A stretch of DNA of 63,898 nucleotides, counting the filler, from an uncultured bacterium (GTDB lineage Bacteria; DYJV01): assembly GCA_964543655.1 (NCBI GenBank). It is 9 parts of 9 records of this genome, joined end to end, with 100 filler letters (N's around TTAATTAATTAA, not from the genome) between each part and the next. Parts side by side here need not be neighbours in the genome. Positions count along the whole stretch, not along the records: positions 5,160 to 18,496 come from CAZIZE010000003.1; positions 18,597 to 29,117 come from CAZIZE010000004.1; 7 more parts are not named here. The stretch is one strand, 5' to 3'. The position numbers were made by a program, and so were the translations under genes. The stretch's first letter is position 1. Each line of letters begins with the position of its first letter. Under the pieces are notes generated by a model, which was not told the DNA's origin, made no database searches, and saw only the letters and a program-made list of their open reading frames with translations. This document shows positions 17,459-27,136 of the stretch, in pieces.

Positions 17459-18436
17459 ATGAAAATAGGGATAAAAGGCTACGGTTTTTATTTACCAGAG
17501 AAAAGGGTAAGCTTAACAGAGATTCAAGAAAAAACAGGAATTCACCCAAAAATAATAGAAGCTATAGGTGCTGAAACTGTTTCTGAAGCCAAAGATAGTG
17601 AGCTCCCTTCAAATATGGCAGTTGAAGCATCTAAAAAAGCTATTGAAAATGCTGCACTTTCACCTTTAAACATAGACATTATTATCAATGCTCCAGCTGG
17701 ATTACAAGATTATATAATTCCACCTATTAGTGGATATATTCAAAATGCAATTGGTGCTGTAAATGCTGTTTGTTTTGATATAGTGCAGGGTTGCTGCGGG
17801 ATGCTCACAGCAGTGCAAATTGCCAGGAATTATATTAATTCAGGAGATGTTGAAAATGCTCTTGTTGTATCTGCTGATAAATGGAGTGCTTTTACAGATA
17901 ACCATGCTGCTGATGCTGTAATTTTTGGAGATGGTGCAGGTGCTGTAGTGGTTAGTAAAAATTCTGATAGCTTAATAATTGATGATTTTATGTTTAAAAC
18001 AGCAGGTAAATATTTTGACCTATACGGTATTGAAAAAGGTGGTGTTAAAAATATTGAAAATATAGAGTCAATTATTTATAAATGCCTTAAGCCAGATGTG
18101 GCAAGAAAAGAGTTTAAAGATATTTATATGAACGAATTTTTAAATGTAACCTATAAAATTTTGAATAAAAACAGATTAAAAATTGAAAATATAAAATATA
18201 TTTCTATGGTAAATGCAAACCTTAAACTTCTTGAGTATATCTGTTATAAATTAAATTTTCCAATAGAAAAAACTTCTGCTGAATATTTAAAAAAATATGG
18301 TCATATTGGTGGTTTTGACATATTTTTCAATATCCATATGGCTAAAAAAGATAAAAAAGTTAAAAAAGGAGACAAGATTTTATTACTAAATGCAGGTATA
18401 GGTTTTACTTGGGGTGCTGCAATTTTTAGCCTGTAA
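17459..18436 (+). CDS. 3-oxoacyl-ACP synthase III (FabH)-like protein with non-canonical triad
   Basis: DIVQGCCG, FGDGAGA, GIGFTWG; MVNAN replaces PHQAN and YGHI replaces GNT. Confidence 0.85.
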   Translation: MKIGIKGYGFYLPEKRVSLTEIQEKTGIHPKIIEAIGAETVSEAKDSELPSNMAVEASKKAIENAALSPLNIDIIINAPAGLQDYIIPPISGYIQNAIGAVNAVCFDIVQGCCGMLTAVQIARNYINSGDVENALVVSADKWSAFTDNHAADAVIFGDGAGAVVVSKNSDSLIIDDFMFKTAGKYFDLYGIEKGGVKNIENIESIIYKCLKPDVARKEFKDIYMNEFLNVTYKILNKNRLKIENIKYISMVNANLKLLEYICYKLNFPIEKTSAEYLKKYGHIGGFDIFFNIHMAKKDKKVKKGDKILLLNAGIGFTWGAAIFSL

Positions 18437-18596
18437 ACGTTATTTAACATATTTTGGCATAAAGGCGTTATTTTAAAGCTTTTTCCTGAAAAATACNNNN
18501 NNNNNNNNNNNNNNNNNNNNNNNNNNNNNNNNNNNNNNNNTTAATTAATTAANNNNNNNNNNNNNNNNNNNNNNNNNNNNNNNNNNNNNNNNNNNN

Positions 18597-19424
18597 GAGC
18601 TTGTAAAGAGGTGGTACAATGGATATAACTATTTTGGAGAGAAGTTATACAATCCATTTGATATTTTGCTATTTATATCAAACAACCATGAATTCAGGAA
18701 TTACTGGTGGGGCACAGGGAATCCCAAATTTTTAATAGATAAGTTGAAAGAGGAGAATTATTACATTCCAGAGTTAGAGAATAGTATAATATCAGAAGAA
18801 ACCCTGGATGCATTTGATGTGGATTATATAGATATAAGGGCGCTTTTATGGCAGACAGGATATTTAACATTTGCAGAAAAATTTACAGATGAAATAGGAG
18901 GAGTAAGCTATAAGCTTAAAGTTCCTAACCTTGAAATTCAGTTGTCATTAAATCAGTTTTTAATAGATTATCTGACCAATCAGAGACAGGAGAAAACAAG
19001 ATATAGATTGAAGATACAGGAGTTGCTGAGGAATGATGATATAGAAGGATTTATAGAAATGTTAAAGACAATATTTTCCACAATTCCCTACAGTAATTAT
19101 GCAAAGAATATAATATCAAAATATGAAGGTTATTACAGTAGTGTAGTGTTTGTTTACCTAATGGGGTTGGGATACGAAGTAATAGCAGAGGATGTAACGA
19201 GCAAGGGCAGGATAGATTTAACATTGAAGCTGAGGGATAAGATATTAATAATAGAGTTTAAGGTGGATAAAAAGGAAGAGCCGATAAAGCAGATAAAAGA
19301 GAAGAAATATTATGAGAAATATTTAAATGAAAATAAGAAGATATATTTTATAGGTATAAATTTTGATAGTAGCGAGAGGAATATTTCCAAATATAAGTGG
19401 GAATTAGGTATGGGCAATTCATGA
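18597..19424 (+). CDS. AAA-ATPase-like / PD-(D/E)XK nuclease protein, copy 1 (5'-truncated)
   Basis: WYNGY, YNPF, YWWGTG, LLWQTGYLT, EGYY, GRIDL..IIEFK, GINFD. Confidence 0.85.
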   Translation, partial: ELVKRWYNGYNYFGEKLYNPFDILLFISNNHEFRNYWWGTGNPKFLIDKLKEENYYIPELENSIISEETLDAFDVDYIDIRALLWQTGYLTFAEKFTDEIGGVSYKLKVPNLEIQLSLNQFLIDYLTNQRQEKTRYRLKIQELLRNDDIEGFIEMLKTIFSTIPYSNYAKNIISKYEGYYSSVVFVYLMGLGYEVIAEDVTSKGRIDLTLKLRDKILIIEFKVDKKEEPIKQIKEKKYYEKYLNENKKIYFIGINFDSSERNISKYKWELGMGNS

Positions 19425-19431
19425 ATTGCCC
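19412..19431. repeat. REP-like palindrome GGGCAATTCATGAATTGCCC
   Basis: Perfect 20-bp palindrome containing the TGA stop of the preceding gene; second copy at 35669-35686. Confidence 0.75.
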
Positions 19432-19515
19432 TGATAGGATTAAGATTTAGAGATTAGTAGTAAGTAGTAAAAACAACAAATTAACTATGATTTAGTCGAT
19501 AGTCTTTAGTCGTTA

Positions 19516-19615
19516 TACAATTTTCTATTTGAAATGACATTTGAAACATTCTTAACCTGTTGTTATTAAAGTATATTTTAGTGTTGAACTATGAATGTTG
19601 AACTGTAAGCTTGTA
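19516..19615 (+). mobile_element. MITE-like repeat B, full copy
   Basis: TTA|TACAA...TTGTA|TTA; the right-hand TTA is the pdxA stop codon. Confidence 0.75.
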
Positions 19616-20620
19616 TTATTTTTTTTGTGCAAATTTTATTGCAAGTTTAACTGCATTTAACATACTTTGATTGTTGGCAATTCCTTTCCAGGCAATGTCA
19701 AAAGCAGTTCCATGGTCTGGAGAAGTTCTAACAAAAGGGATTCCTAAAGTAACATTTACAGCTCCATGAAAGTCTAATAATTTTAAAGGAATTAATCCTT
19801 GGTCGTGATACATTGCAATTATAAGGTCTGGTTTTTCATGCAGAGCTTTAAAAAATATTGTATCAGGAGGAAAGGGGCCTTTAATATTATGATTTTTCAA
19901 ATTTTCTATAATAGGAAGAATATAATCTTTTTCTTCTAAACCTATTTTGCCATTCTCACCTGCATGTGGATTTAAACCAGAAACAAATATTAATGGTTTT
20001 TCTTTTTTTAAATATTTTTTACAAAAGTCAATTCCAATTAGTATTGTCTCTTCAAGGTCTATCTTTTTTATAGCAAATGAGACATCTTTTAATGGAATAT
20101 GAATTGTGTGTAACAGAACATTAAAAAATTTTGATACAAATAGCATTCTATATTTATCTGTTCTGGTGAATTTTGCAAGAATTTCTGTATGACCAGGGAA
20201 ATCTATTCCTGCAAGTTTTAAACCTTCTTTGCTTATAGGCGAGGTTACAATTGCTTGCACAGCTCCATTTTTAGCAAGCTTAATTGCTGTTTTTATAGAT
20301 TTAAATGCAAGTTTTCCATTTGCAGCAGAAGTTTGTTTTAGTGTAATTTTATCTACAGTTTCAATATTAATCACATTTATTTTATTTTGTGAAAATTCAG
20401 AGATATTTTTAATTTCTTTTATATCCTGTTTTACTGAAAGAATCTTCTTTGCCTGGTTAAAAATATTTATATTGCCTATTAAGATAAGGTTACATTTTTG
20501 GCAGATATTATGGTTAAATAGAGAAATGGCTATTTCTGGTCCAATACCTCCAGGATCGCCTATTGTAACAGCTACATTTTTTTTATTATCACAGCCTGTT
20601 GTCTTAACTCTTTTATCCAT
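19616..20620 (-). CDS. pdxA: 4-hydroxythreonine-4-phosphate dehydrogenase
   Basis: GDPGGIGPE, FPGHTE, LNPHAGE, MYHDQG, RTSPDHGTAFDIA. Confidence 0.95.
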   Translation of the reverse strand: MDKRVKTTGCDNKKNVAVTIGDPGGIGPEIAISLFNHNICQKCNLILIGNINIFNQAKKILSVKQDIKEIKNISEFSQNKINVINIETVDKITLKQTSAANGKLAFKSIKTAIKLAKNGAVQAIVTSPISKEGLKLAGIDFPGHTEILAKFTRTDKYRMLFVSKFFNVLLHTIHIPLKDVSFAIKKIDLEETILIGIDFCKKYLKKEKPLIFVSGLNPHAGENGKIGLEEKDYILPIIENLKNHNIKGPFPPDTIFFKALHEKPDLIIAMYHDQGLIPLKLLDFHGAVNVTLGIPFVRTSPDHGTAFDIAWKGIANNQSMLNAVKLAIKFAQKK

Positions 20621-21498
20621 TCATCTAATTTTTTATTTAACATTTTTCTCTTTAAAATCTCTTCAGCTTCACTATAAAGACGAGTTTTATCAATTTTTTT
20701 TCGTTTTATATCAACTAATTTTATTATATGATAGCCATGTTGGGATTTTACAAACTTTACTTCACCTACCTTCATTTTTTCAACAACCTTTTCTATTGCA
20801 GGCAACATTTCACCTTTTGCAAAATACCCAAGATCACCTCCTGAATTTTTAAAAGGTCCCTCTGAATACTCTTTGGCAACTTTTGAAAAAGGTTCATTTT
20901 TTAAAAGCTTTAAAACATGCTCAATTTTCTTTTTATTGTAAGTTTTAAAAAAAATTTGTTTTAAATGGTATTTTACTTCTTGATTTTTAGGGAAGAGATG
21001 TTCTTTTGCATATTTTTCTATCTCTTTAGTAGGGATTTGTATTTGTGACTTTACATAAGCATTAACAACTCTTGCTCTTAATAACTCGCCTTTTAACTTT
21101 TCTCTATAATATTTGTAAGAAACATGACTCTGTTTTAATGCTTCTTTTAACTGTTGCAAGGTTATATGTTGTTCTTTTAAAATATTCTGAATCAAGGCAT
21201 CAACATCTTTTTCAGAAACAGTGTAATGTAACTGCTTAGCTTTTTCTTCAATTAATTTTTCATTAATAAGGTTGTTAAGTATCTGTTCTTTAATTTTTTG
21301 TAATTGCTTAATTTTTTCTTTTGTAGGAATTGGTGCATGTTGCAATTTTAAAATATAAGGTTTAAGTGCATAATTTACATCACTAATATAAATTATTTCA
21401 TCATTAACAATTGCAGCAATACCATCAATAATATCAGCATGGATATAGCCTGCAAAAGTGGCAATTATAAAAAATGTAATTAAAAACTTTTTTATCAC
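20572..21498 (-). CDS. surA: SurA-like periplasmic chaperone/parvulin PPIase
   Basis: Signal peptide, DGIAAIVNDEII, GGDLGYF, GYHIIKL; upstream of pdxA. Confidence 0.85.
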   Translation of the reverse strand: MIKKFLITFFIIATFAGYIHADIIDGIAAIVNDEIIYISDVNYALKPYILKLQHAPIPTKEKIKQLQKIKEQILNNLINEKLIEEKAKQLHYTVSEKDVDALIQNILKEQHITLQQLKEALKQSHVSYKYYREKLKGELLRARVVNAYVKSQIQIPTKEIEKYAKEHLFPKNQEVKYHLKQIFFKTYNKKKIEHVLKLLKNEPFSKVAKEYSEGPFKNSGGDLGYFAKGEMLPAIEKVVEKMKVGEVKFVKSQHGYHIIKLVDIKRKKIDKTRLYSEAEEILKRKMLNKKLDEWIKELRQQAVIIKKM

Positions 21499-22793
21499 TA
21501 TCCTCTTCCTATTCCAAAATATTTAAATCCTAATTTATCCATTTTTTTTGGGTCAAAAAGATTCCTGCCATCAATAATAACATAATTTTTCATAATTTCT
21601 TTAATTTTTATGAAATCAAGAAATTTAAATTCGCTCCATTCAGTAGCAAAAATTAGAGCATCTGAATTTTTTGCAACTTCATAAGGTGATTGACAATATT
21701 CAACCTTATCTGCAAATATTTTTTTAGCATTTTCCATTGCAACAGGATCGTATGCTTTTATAGATGCACCTTTTTCAATAAGTGAATTTATAATATCTAT
21801 AGATGGTGCCAGCCTCATATCATCAGTGTTTGGTTTAAATGCAAGTCCAAGAATGCCAATTTGTTTTCCTTTTAAATTATCAAAAGATTTTTCTAATTTT
21901 TTTACTGGAATTAACTTTTGAGATTCATTTATATTCCTAACTTCTTTTAATAGATTAAAGTTGTACCCTAATTTTTCTGAAATTGCAATAAATGCATCTA
22001 AATCTTTTGGGAAACAGAAACCACCAAAGCCTATTCCTGCATTTAGAAAAGCCTCTCCTATTCTTTCGTCAAGTCCAATTCCTTTTGCAACTTTTTTAAC
22101 ATCAGCTCCTGAAAGATCGCAGATATTTGCAATAGCATTGATAAAAGATATTTTCATAGAAAGAAAAGCATTTGATGCATGTTTTATAATTTCAGCACTA
22201 TTAATATCTGTTACTAAGATAGGAGCATTTAGAGGTTCGTAGAGCTTTACAAGAATTTGGGCTGCTCTATCTTCATTAACACCTATAACAACTCTATCTG
22301 GATTCATAAAATCATTAATTGCTGTACCCTCTTTTAAAAATTCAGGATTGGATGCAACATGAAAAGGAGTATTATTAATATTGTATTTTTCTATTGTATC
22401 TTTAAGCCATTCTCCAGTTCTAACTGGAACTGTACTTTTCTCAACAATAAGTTTATAATTGTTTAGATTTGCACCTATATCTTTAGCAACATTTTCTATT
22501 GCTGTAAGATCTGCGCTTCCATCTTCTTTTGGTGGAGTACCAACGCAGATGAATATAACTTCACTATTTTTAACGCCATCAGCAATATTATTACTAAAAT
22601 GAAGTCTACCCTCCCTTGAGTTGACTTTTATAAGATTATCAAGGCCAGGTTCATATATTGGTATAATGCCATTTTGAAGTTTTTTTATCTTGTCAATGTC
22701 ATTGTCTATGCATATTACATTGTTACCAAGATCAGCAAAGCATGTTCCAGTAACAAGTCCTACGTAGCCTGAACCAATAATGGCTATGTTCAT
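21498..22793 (-). CDS. ugd: UDP-glucose 6-dehydrogenase
   Basis: GSGYVG, EKSTVP, SNPEFL, GFGGFCFPKD, AFKPNTDD. Confidence 0.93.
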   Translation of the reverse strand: MNIAIIGSGYVGLVTGTCFADLGNNVICIDNDIDKIKKLQNGIIPIYEPGLDNLIKVNSREGRLHFSNNIADGVKNSEVIFICVGTPPKEDGSADLTAIENVAKDIGANLNNYKLIVEKSTVPVRTGEWLKDTIEKYNINNTPFHVASNPEFLKEGTAINDFMNPDRVVIGVNEDRAAQILVKLYEPLNAPILVTDINSAEIIKHASNAFLSMKISFINAIANICDLSGADVKKVAKGIGLDERIGEAFLNAGIGFGGFCFPKDLDAFIAISEKLGYNFNLLKEVRNINESQKLIPVKKLEKSFDNLKGKQIGILGLAFKPNTDDMRLAPSIDIINSLIEKGASIKAYDPVAMENAKKIFADKVEYCQSPYEVAKNSDALIFATEWSEFKFLDFIKIKEIMKNYVIIDGRNLFDPKKMDKLGFKYFGIGRG

Positions 22794-23914
22794 TTATTTT
22801 CCTCCATAAGTTTTATAAAATTATCAAATAAATATCTTGAGTCATGTGGTCCTGGTGAACTTTCAGGATGATACTGAACAGAAAAAAATTTGTATTTCTC
22901 TGACTCAATACCTTCTACTGTATTATCATTGAGATTTTTATGTGTAACTTTTACAAAATCTGGAACACTATTTTCTGCAATTGCAAAACCATGATTTTCA
23001 GCAGCTATTTCAACTTTCCCATTTGATAAATTTTTGATTGGCTGATTACCCCCATGATGGCCAAATTTTAGCTTATATGTTTTACAACCAATTGCAAGAC
23101 CAAGTATCTGATGTCCAAGACAAATTCCAAAAAGAGGCTTTTTGCCAATTAAATTTTTTACATTTTCAATAGCATACTCAACAGCAGCAGGGTCTCCTGG
23201 GCCATTTGATAAAAAAATGCCATCAGGATTCATTGATAAGATTTTTTTATAAGATTTCTCTGCAGGAACCACAAGAACATCAATCCCTCGTTCTGTCATT
23301 AATCTGAGAATATTCTTTTTAATCCCAAAATCGTATGCAACTACAAAGTATTTACCTTTCTTTTTTACCTCTCTGTATCCTGTTTCTAAATCCCAATCAC
23401 CAGTTGACCATTTGTAGCTATTTTTACATGAAACCTTATCTACAAGATTTTGGCCCTCAAGGCTTGGAAGATTTGCAGCTTTTTTCTGAAGCTCATTTAC
23501 ATTAAAATTGGTTGTTGAAATAATTCCCTGTTGAGCTCCAAAATCTCTAATATGCTTAACAAGCGCTCTTGTATCAATACCTTCAATGGCGACTATTTTC
23601 TGTTGAATAAGATATTCTGATAAAGTCTGTTTACTTCGCCAATTACTTGGAAAATCTTGGTATTCTTTAACTATAAAACCTTCAACAAAGATTTTTTCAG
23701 ATTCAACATCTTCAAAGTTTATACCATAGTTACCAATCTGTGTGTAGGTCATAGTTACAATTTGCCCTGCATATGAAGGGTCTGTGATTATTTCCTGATA
23801 CCCTGTCATACTTGTATTAAAAACAACTTCACCTGAAGTTTCACCTCTGTAACCAAAAGAGTATCCTTCAAAATAAGTACCATCAGCTAATACTAAAATA
23901 GCTTTATCTTTCAT
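22790..23914 (-). CDS. carA: Carbamoyl-phosphate synthase small subunit
   Basis: GEVVFNTSMTGYQE, SNGPGDP, GICLGHQ, QYHPE. Confidence 0.97.
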   Translation of the reverse strand: MKDKAILVLADGTYFEGYSFGYRGETSGEVVFNTSMTGYQEIITDPSYAGQIVTMTYTQIGNYGINFEDVESEKIFVEGFIVKEYQDFPSNWRSKQTLSEYLIQQKIVAIEGIDTRALVKHIRDFGAQQGIISTTNFNVNELQKKAANLPSLEGQNLVDKVSCKNSYKWSTGDWDLETGYREVKKKGKYFVVAYDFGIKKNILRLMTERGIDVLVVPAEKSYKKILSMNPDGIFLSNGPGDPAAVEYAIENVKNLIGKKPLFGICLGHQILGLAIGCKTYKLKFGHHGGNQPIKNLSNGKVEIAAENHGFAIAENSVPDFVKVTHKNLNDNTVEGIESEKYKFFSVQYHPESSPGPHDSRYLFDNFIKLMEENK

Positions 23915-23916
23915 AT

Positions 23917-25212
23917 TTAATCCTTTTTATCAGTTAAATTTTTATAAACAATTTTTCCATTACAGATAGTTATAACAGGCCAGCCTTTAAATTTTTTACC
24001 AATAAATGGAGAATTTTTGCTTTTTGATACAATATCTTCCTTTTTGTAAACTTTTTCAAGACTAAGGTTAACAACTGTAATATTTGCAATTGAATTTTCC
24101 TGAAGCTCATCTTTTTTTATATTTAAAATTTTTGCAGGAGATAGACTCATTTTTTCAATAAGTTTATTTAAAGATATTTTATTCTCCAATACTAAAGAGT
24201 ATAAAACAGGAAACGCTGTTTCTAATCCAATAATACCAAAAGGTGCATATTCAAATTCTTTCATTTTTTCATGCTCTGCATGAGGTGCATGATCAGTTGA
24301 AATTGAATCAACAATACCTTCGCATAAAGCATTAATCAATTCGTCTCTATCTTTTTCACTTCTAAGTGGAGGATTCATTTTATAATTTGTGTTATAATTG
24401 CTTTTAAAAACATCTCTATCTGTAAGAGTTAAATAGTGTGGGCAGGTCTCGCAGGTTAATTTATCAAAATACTCCTTTGCTTTCCTGATAATATCAACAG
24501 AGCCTTTAGTGCTAACGTGGCAGATATGTATTGGAGCATTGCAGTATTGGGCAATTTTTATATTTCTAAAAACTGATATCTCTTCTGAAATAGACGGAAT
24601 GCCTCTTAACCCAGATAAGGTGGAGTAAATTCCATCGTTCATAACACCTCTATCTGCAAGCTCTCTATCCTCACAATGGCAAAAAATTGGCACATTGAAA
24701 AAACTTGCATATTCAAAAGCAGTTTTCATTAAAAATGAATTTTCTATATCAACTCCATCGTCTGAAAAAGCAACAGCACCAGCATCTATTAAATGTCCAA
24801 ATTCTGTTAAAGTATTGCCTTCTAATCCTTTAGTAATTGCTGCAATAGGATAGATATTTATATCTGTTGATTTCCCTTTTGATATTATTTCTTTAACAAT
24901 TGATTCATTATCAACAACAGGAAATGTGTTAGCCATGCAGCATATGTCTGTAAAACCACCTGCTTTTGCAGCATTAGCACCAGAAGCAATGGTTTCTTTA
25001 TATTCAAATCCTGGTTCTCTAAGATGAGTATGAATATCTACAAATGATGGAACTGCAAGAAGCCCAGAGCAATCAATTGCTTCAAAATCAGAGAATTCAT
25101 CTTTTACACTATTTGAAATGTCAATTATGATGCCATCTTTAATGGCAATGTTCAAATTTTTCTCTATTCCTTTTTTACAATTTAAAATATCAATATTTTT
25201 TAATAACAGCAT
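23917..25212 (-). CDS. pyrC: Dihydroorotase
   Basis: DIHTHLREPG, HCED, KMNPPLR, TDHAPH. Confidence 0.95.
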   Translation of the reverse strand: MLLLKNIDILNCKKGIEKNLNIAIKDGIIIDISNSVKDEFSDFEAIDCSGLLAVPSFVDIHTHLREPGFEYKETIASGANAAKAGGFTDICCMANTFPVVDNESIVKEIISKGKSTDINIYPIAAITKGLEGNTLTEFGHLIDAGAVAFSDDGVDIENSFLMKTAFEYASFFNVPIFCHCEDRELADRGVMNDGIYSTLSGLRGIPSISEEISVFRNIKIAQYCNAPIHICHVSTKGSVDIIRKAKEYFDKLTCETCPHYLTLTDRDVFKSNYNTNYKMNPPLRSEKDRDELINALCEGIVDSISTDHAPHAEHEKMKEFEYAPFGIIGLETAFPVLYSLVLENKISLNKLIEKMSLSPAKILNIKKDELQENSIANITVVNLSLEKVYKKEDIVSKSKNSPFIGKKFKGWPVITICNGKIVYKNLTDKKD

Positions 25213-25213
25213 A

Positions 25214-26146
25214 CTAACTCTCTATTTTTGAACTACCAATAAGCATGTATAAAATTGCCATTCTTAAAGCAACTCCATTTTCCACCTGATTGAGAATAAC
25301 AGAAAACTTTGAATCAGCAGCAAAATGGTTCAATTCAACTCCTCTATTGATTGGCCCGGGATGCATTAAAATAGCATCTTTTTTTAAGTAAGAAAGCATA
25401 TTGTATGAAAAACCAAAAAAATGGCTGTATTCCCTAATAGATGGAAATAAAGATTTGTTCTGTCTTTCCATTTGAACTCTAAGTAACATTACAACATCTG
25501 CATCTTTTATCTCTTTTTTAAAATTTTTTACAATTTTAACATTTAAATTTTCAATATCCCTTGGTAGCATCATTGGTGGAGCATAAATACATAGATCTGT
25601 ATCAAATTTGCTCAGCAAAAATATGTTAGACCTTGCAACTCTACTATGTAAAATATCTCCTGCAATAACAATTTTAAGTTTGTCTAATCTCCCTTTTTTT
25701 TCATAAATTGTCATTGCATCAAGTAATGCCTGAGTTGGGTGCTCATTAATACCATCACCAGCATTAACAACAGGACATTTCAGCACATCAGCTGCAAGAT
25801 GAGGGGCACCTGTAGCAGGATGTCTCATTATTAGTAAATCAAGGTTCATAGCTTCTATATTCCTTACTGTATCAATGAGAGATTCACCTTTTTCAACACT
25901 GCTGCCACTTTTGGAAATATTAATTGTATCTGCACTTAACCTTTTACCTGCAATTTCAAATGAAAGTCTTGTTCTTGTACTTGGCTCATAGAAGCAGTTA
26001 ACTATGGTTTTACCCCGTAAGGTAGGAACCTTTTTAATGGCTCTTTTATTTATATCTTTAAAATAGAATGCCTGATTTATTATTGAAATGATCTCATCTT
26101 TTTCTAAATCTCTAATTGATAAAAGATTACGCATCTTGATAGACAC
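25214..26146 (-). CDS. pyrB: Aspartate carbamoyltransferase catalytic subunit
   Basis: EPSTRTRLSF, EHPTQALLD, MHPGP. Confidence 0.97.
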   Translation of the reverse strand: MSIKMRNLLSIRDLEKDEIISIINQAFYFKDINKRAIKKVPTLRGKTIVNCFYEPSTRTRLSFEIAGKRLSADTINISKSGSSVEKGESLIDTVRNIEAMNLDLLIMRHPATGAPHLAADVLKCPVVNAGDGINEHPTQALLDAMTIYEKKGRLDKLKIVIAGDILHSRVARSNIFLLSKFDTDLCIYAPPMMLPRDIENLNVKIVKNFKKEIKDADVVMLLRVQMERQNKSLFPSIREYSHFFGFSYNMLSYLKKDAILMHPGPINRGVELNHFAADSKFSVILNQVENGVALRMAILYMLIGSSKIES

Positions 26147-26666
26147 TTCCTATTAAAATTTCATCAACATTATCTATCTCTTTTAATCTAACAAAAATCC
26201 TTTCTTTTCTTGATGTTGGAATGTATTTGCCAACAAAATCAGGCTGGATAGGTAATTCCCTGTGGCCTCTATCAATTAAAACAGCAAGCTGTATCATTTT
26301 AGGCCTTCCAATATCAAATATAGCATCTATTGAAGCTCTTGTGGTTCTCCCTGTGTAAATAACATCATCAACTAATATAATACCCCTGTTGTCAATGTTA
26401 AAATCAATCTCCGTACTTTTAATTTCAGGGTGATGTGTGCCTATTGAGAGATCATCCCTGTAAAGAGTAATATCTATTATCCCAAAATTTAAAATTTTGC
26501 CAGAAATTCTTTCTAAAATTTTTTTAATCCTCTGGGCAATATAAACTCCTCTTGTTCTAATTCCAACTATTGCAAAGTTAATGTTTCCGCGATTTTTTTC
26601 TAAAATCTCTATTGCCATCCTTTCAAACATCCAGTTAATTTCTTCTGAATTAAACAATTTTTTCAT
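26127..26666 (-). CDS. pyrR: Bifunctional pyrimidine regulator / uracil phosphoribosyltransferase
   Basis: DITLYRDD, LVDDVIYTGRT, DRGHRELPI. Confidence 0.95.
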   Translation of the reverse strand: MKKLFNSEEINWMFERMAIEILEKNRGNINFAIVGIRTRGVYIAQRIKKILERISGKILNFGIIDITLYRDDLSIGTHHPEIKSTEIDFNIDNRGIILVDDVIYTGRTTRASIDAIFDIGRPKMIQLAVLIDRGHRELPIQPDFVGKYIPTSRKERIFVRLKEIDNVDEILIGSVYQDA

Positions 26667-26708
26667 ATGTCAAAATTATCATAAGAAAAATTTTTTTACA
26701 ACTTTTAT

Positions 26709-26735
26709 TTAAGTTTTTAATTTTTTTTCCGATAA
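26709..26735 (+). promoter_or_regulatory. sigma28 (FliA) promoter for flaG
   Basis: TTAAGTTT-N11-TCCGATAA versus consensus TAAAGTTT-N11-GCCGATAA, about 30 nt upstream of flaG. Confidence 0.7.
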
Positions 26736-26764
26736 AGTTATTAGAAAAAGCAGGGAGGCTTAAA

Positions 26765-27136
26765 ATGACTACAATAGACTCTGTTCAGTCTGTTGATTTA
26801 ATGAGTAAATTTGTAAGTGATTTTACAGATTTTGTTAACAGCACCTATGATACAGGGCAAAGCAATCAGAAAAGAGAAAAAGGTTCTGAAAATAGTCAAA
26901 AAATAAATTTAAATGAAAAGGATTTGAAAAAATTAGAAAAAGCTTTTAATAACACAGCTGCATCATTAAATTTTGATTTAAAATTTAAGATTCATAAGGA
27001 CACAGGAGAAGTTCAGGTTAAAATAATTGACAAAAATACTCATAAAGTTATTAAAGAAATACCATCTGAGTCATTTTTAAATTTTTTAAAAAAATTTGAT
27101 GAAATGCTTGGGGTGCTGTTTGATAAAAAAAGTTAA
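26765..27136 (+). CDS. flaG: Flagellar protein FlaG
   Basis: LKFKIHKDTGEVQVKIID...VIKEIPSE...GVLFDKK C-terminal signature. Confidence 0.85.
   Translation: MTTIDSVQSVDLMSKFVSDFTDFVNSTYDTGQSNQKREKGSENSQKINLNEKDLKKLEKAFNNTAASLNFDLKFKIHKDTGEVQVKIIDKNTHKVIKEIPSESFLNFLKKFDEMLGVLFDKKS

Noticed and set aside
20229-20852. 207-aa + strand ORF, and the many other short ORFs overlapping real genes (e.g. 6017-6331, 12089-12415, 29404-29724, 44731-45111)
   Set aside because: Antisense or alternate-frame shadows of well-supported genes, with no motifs.
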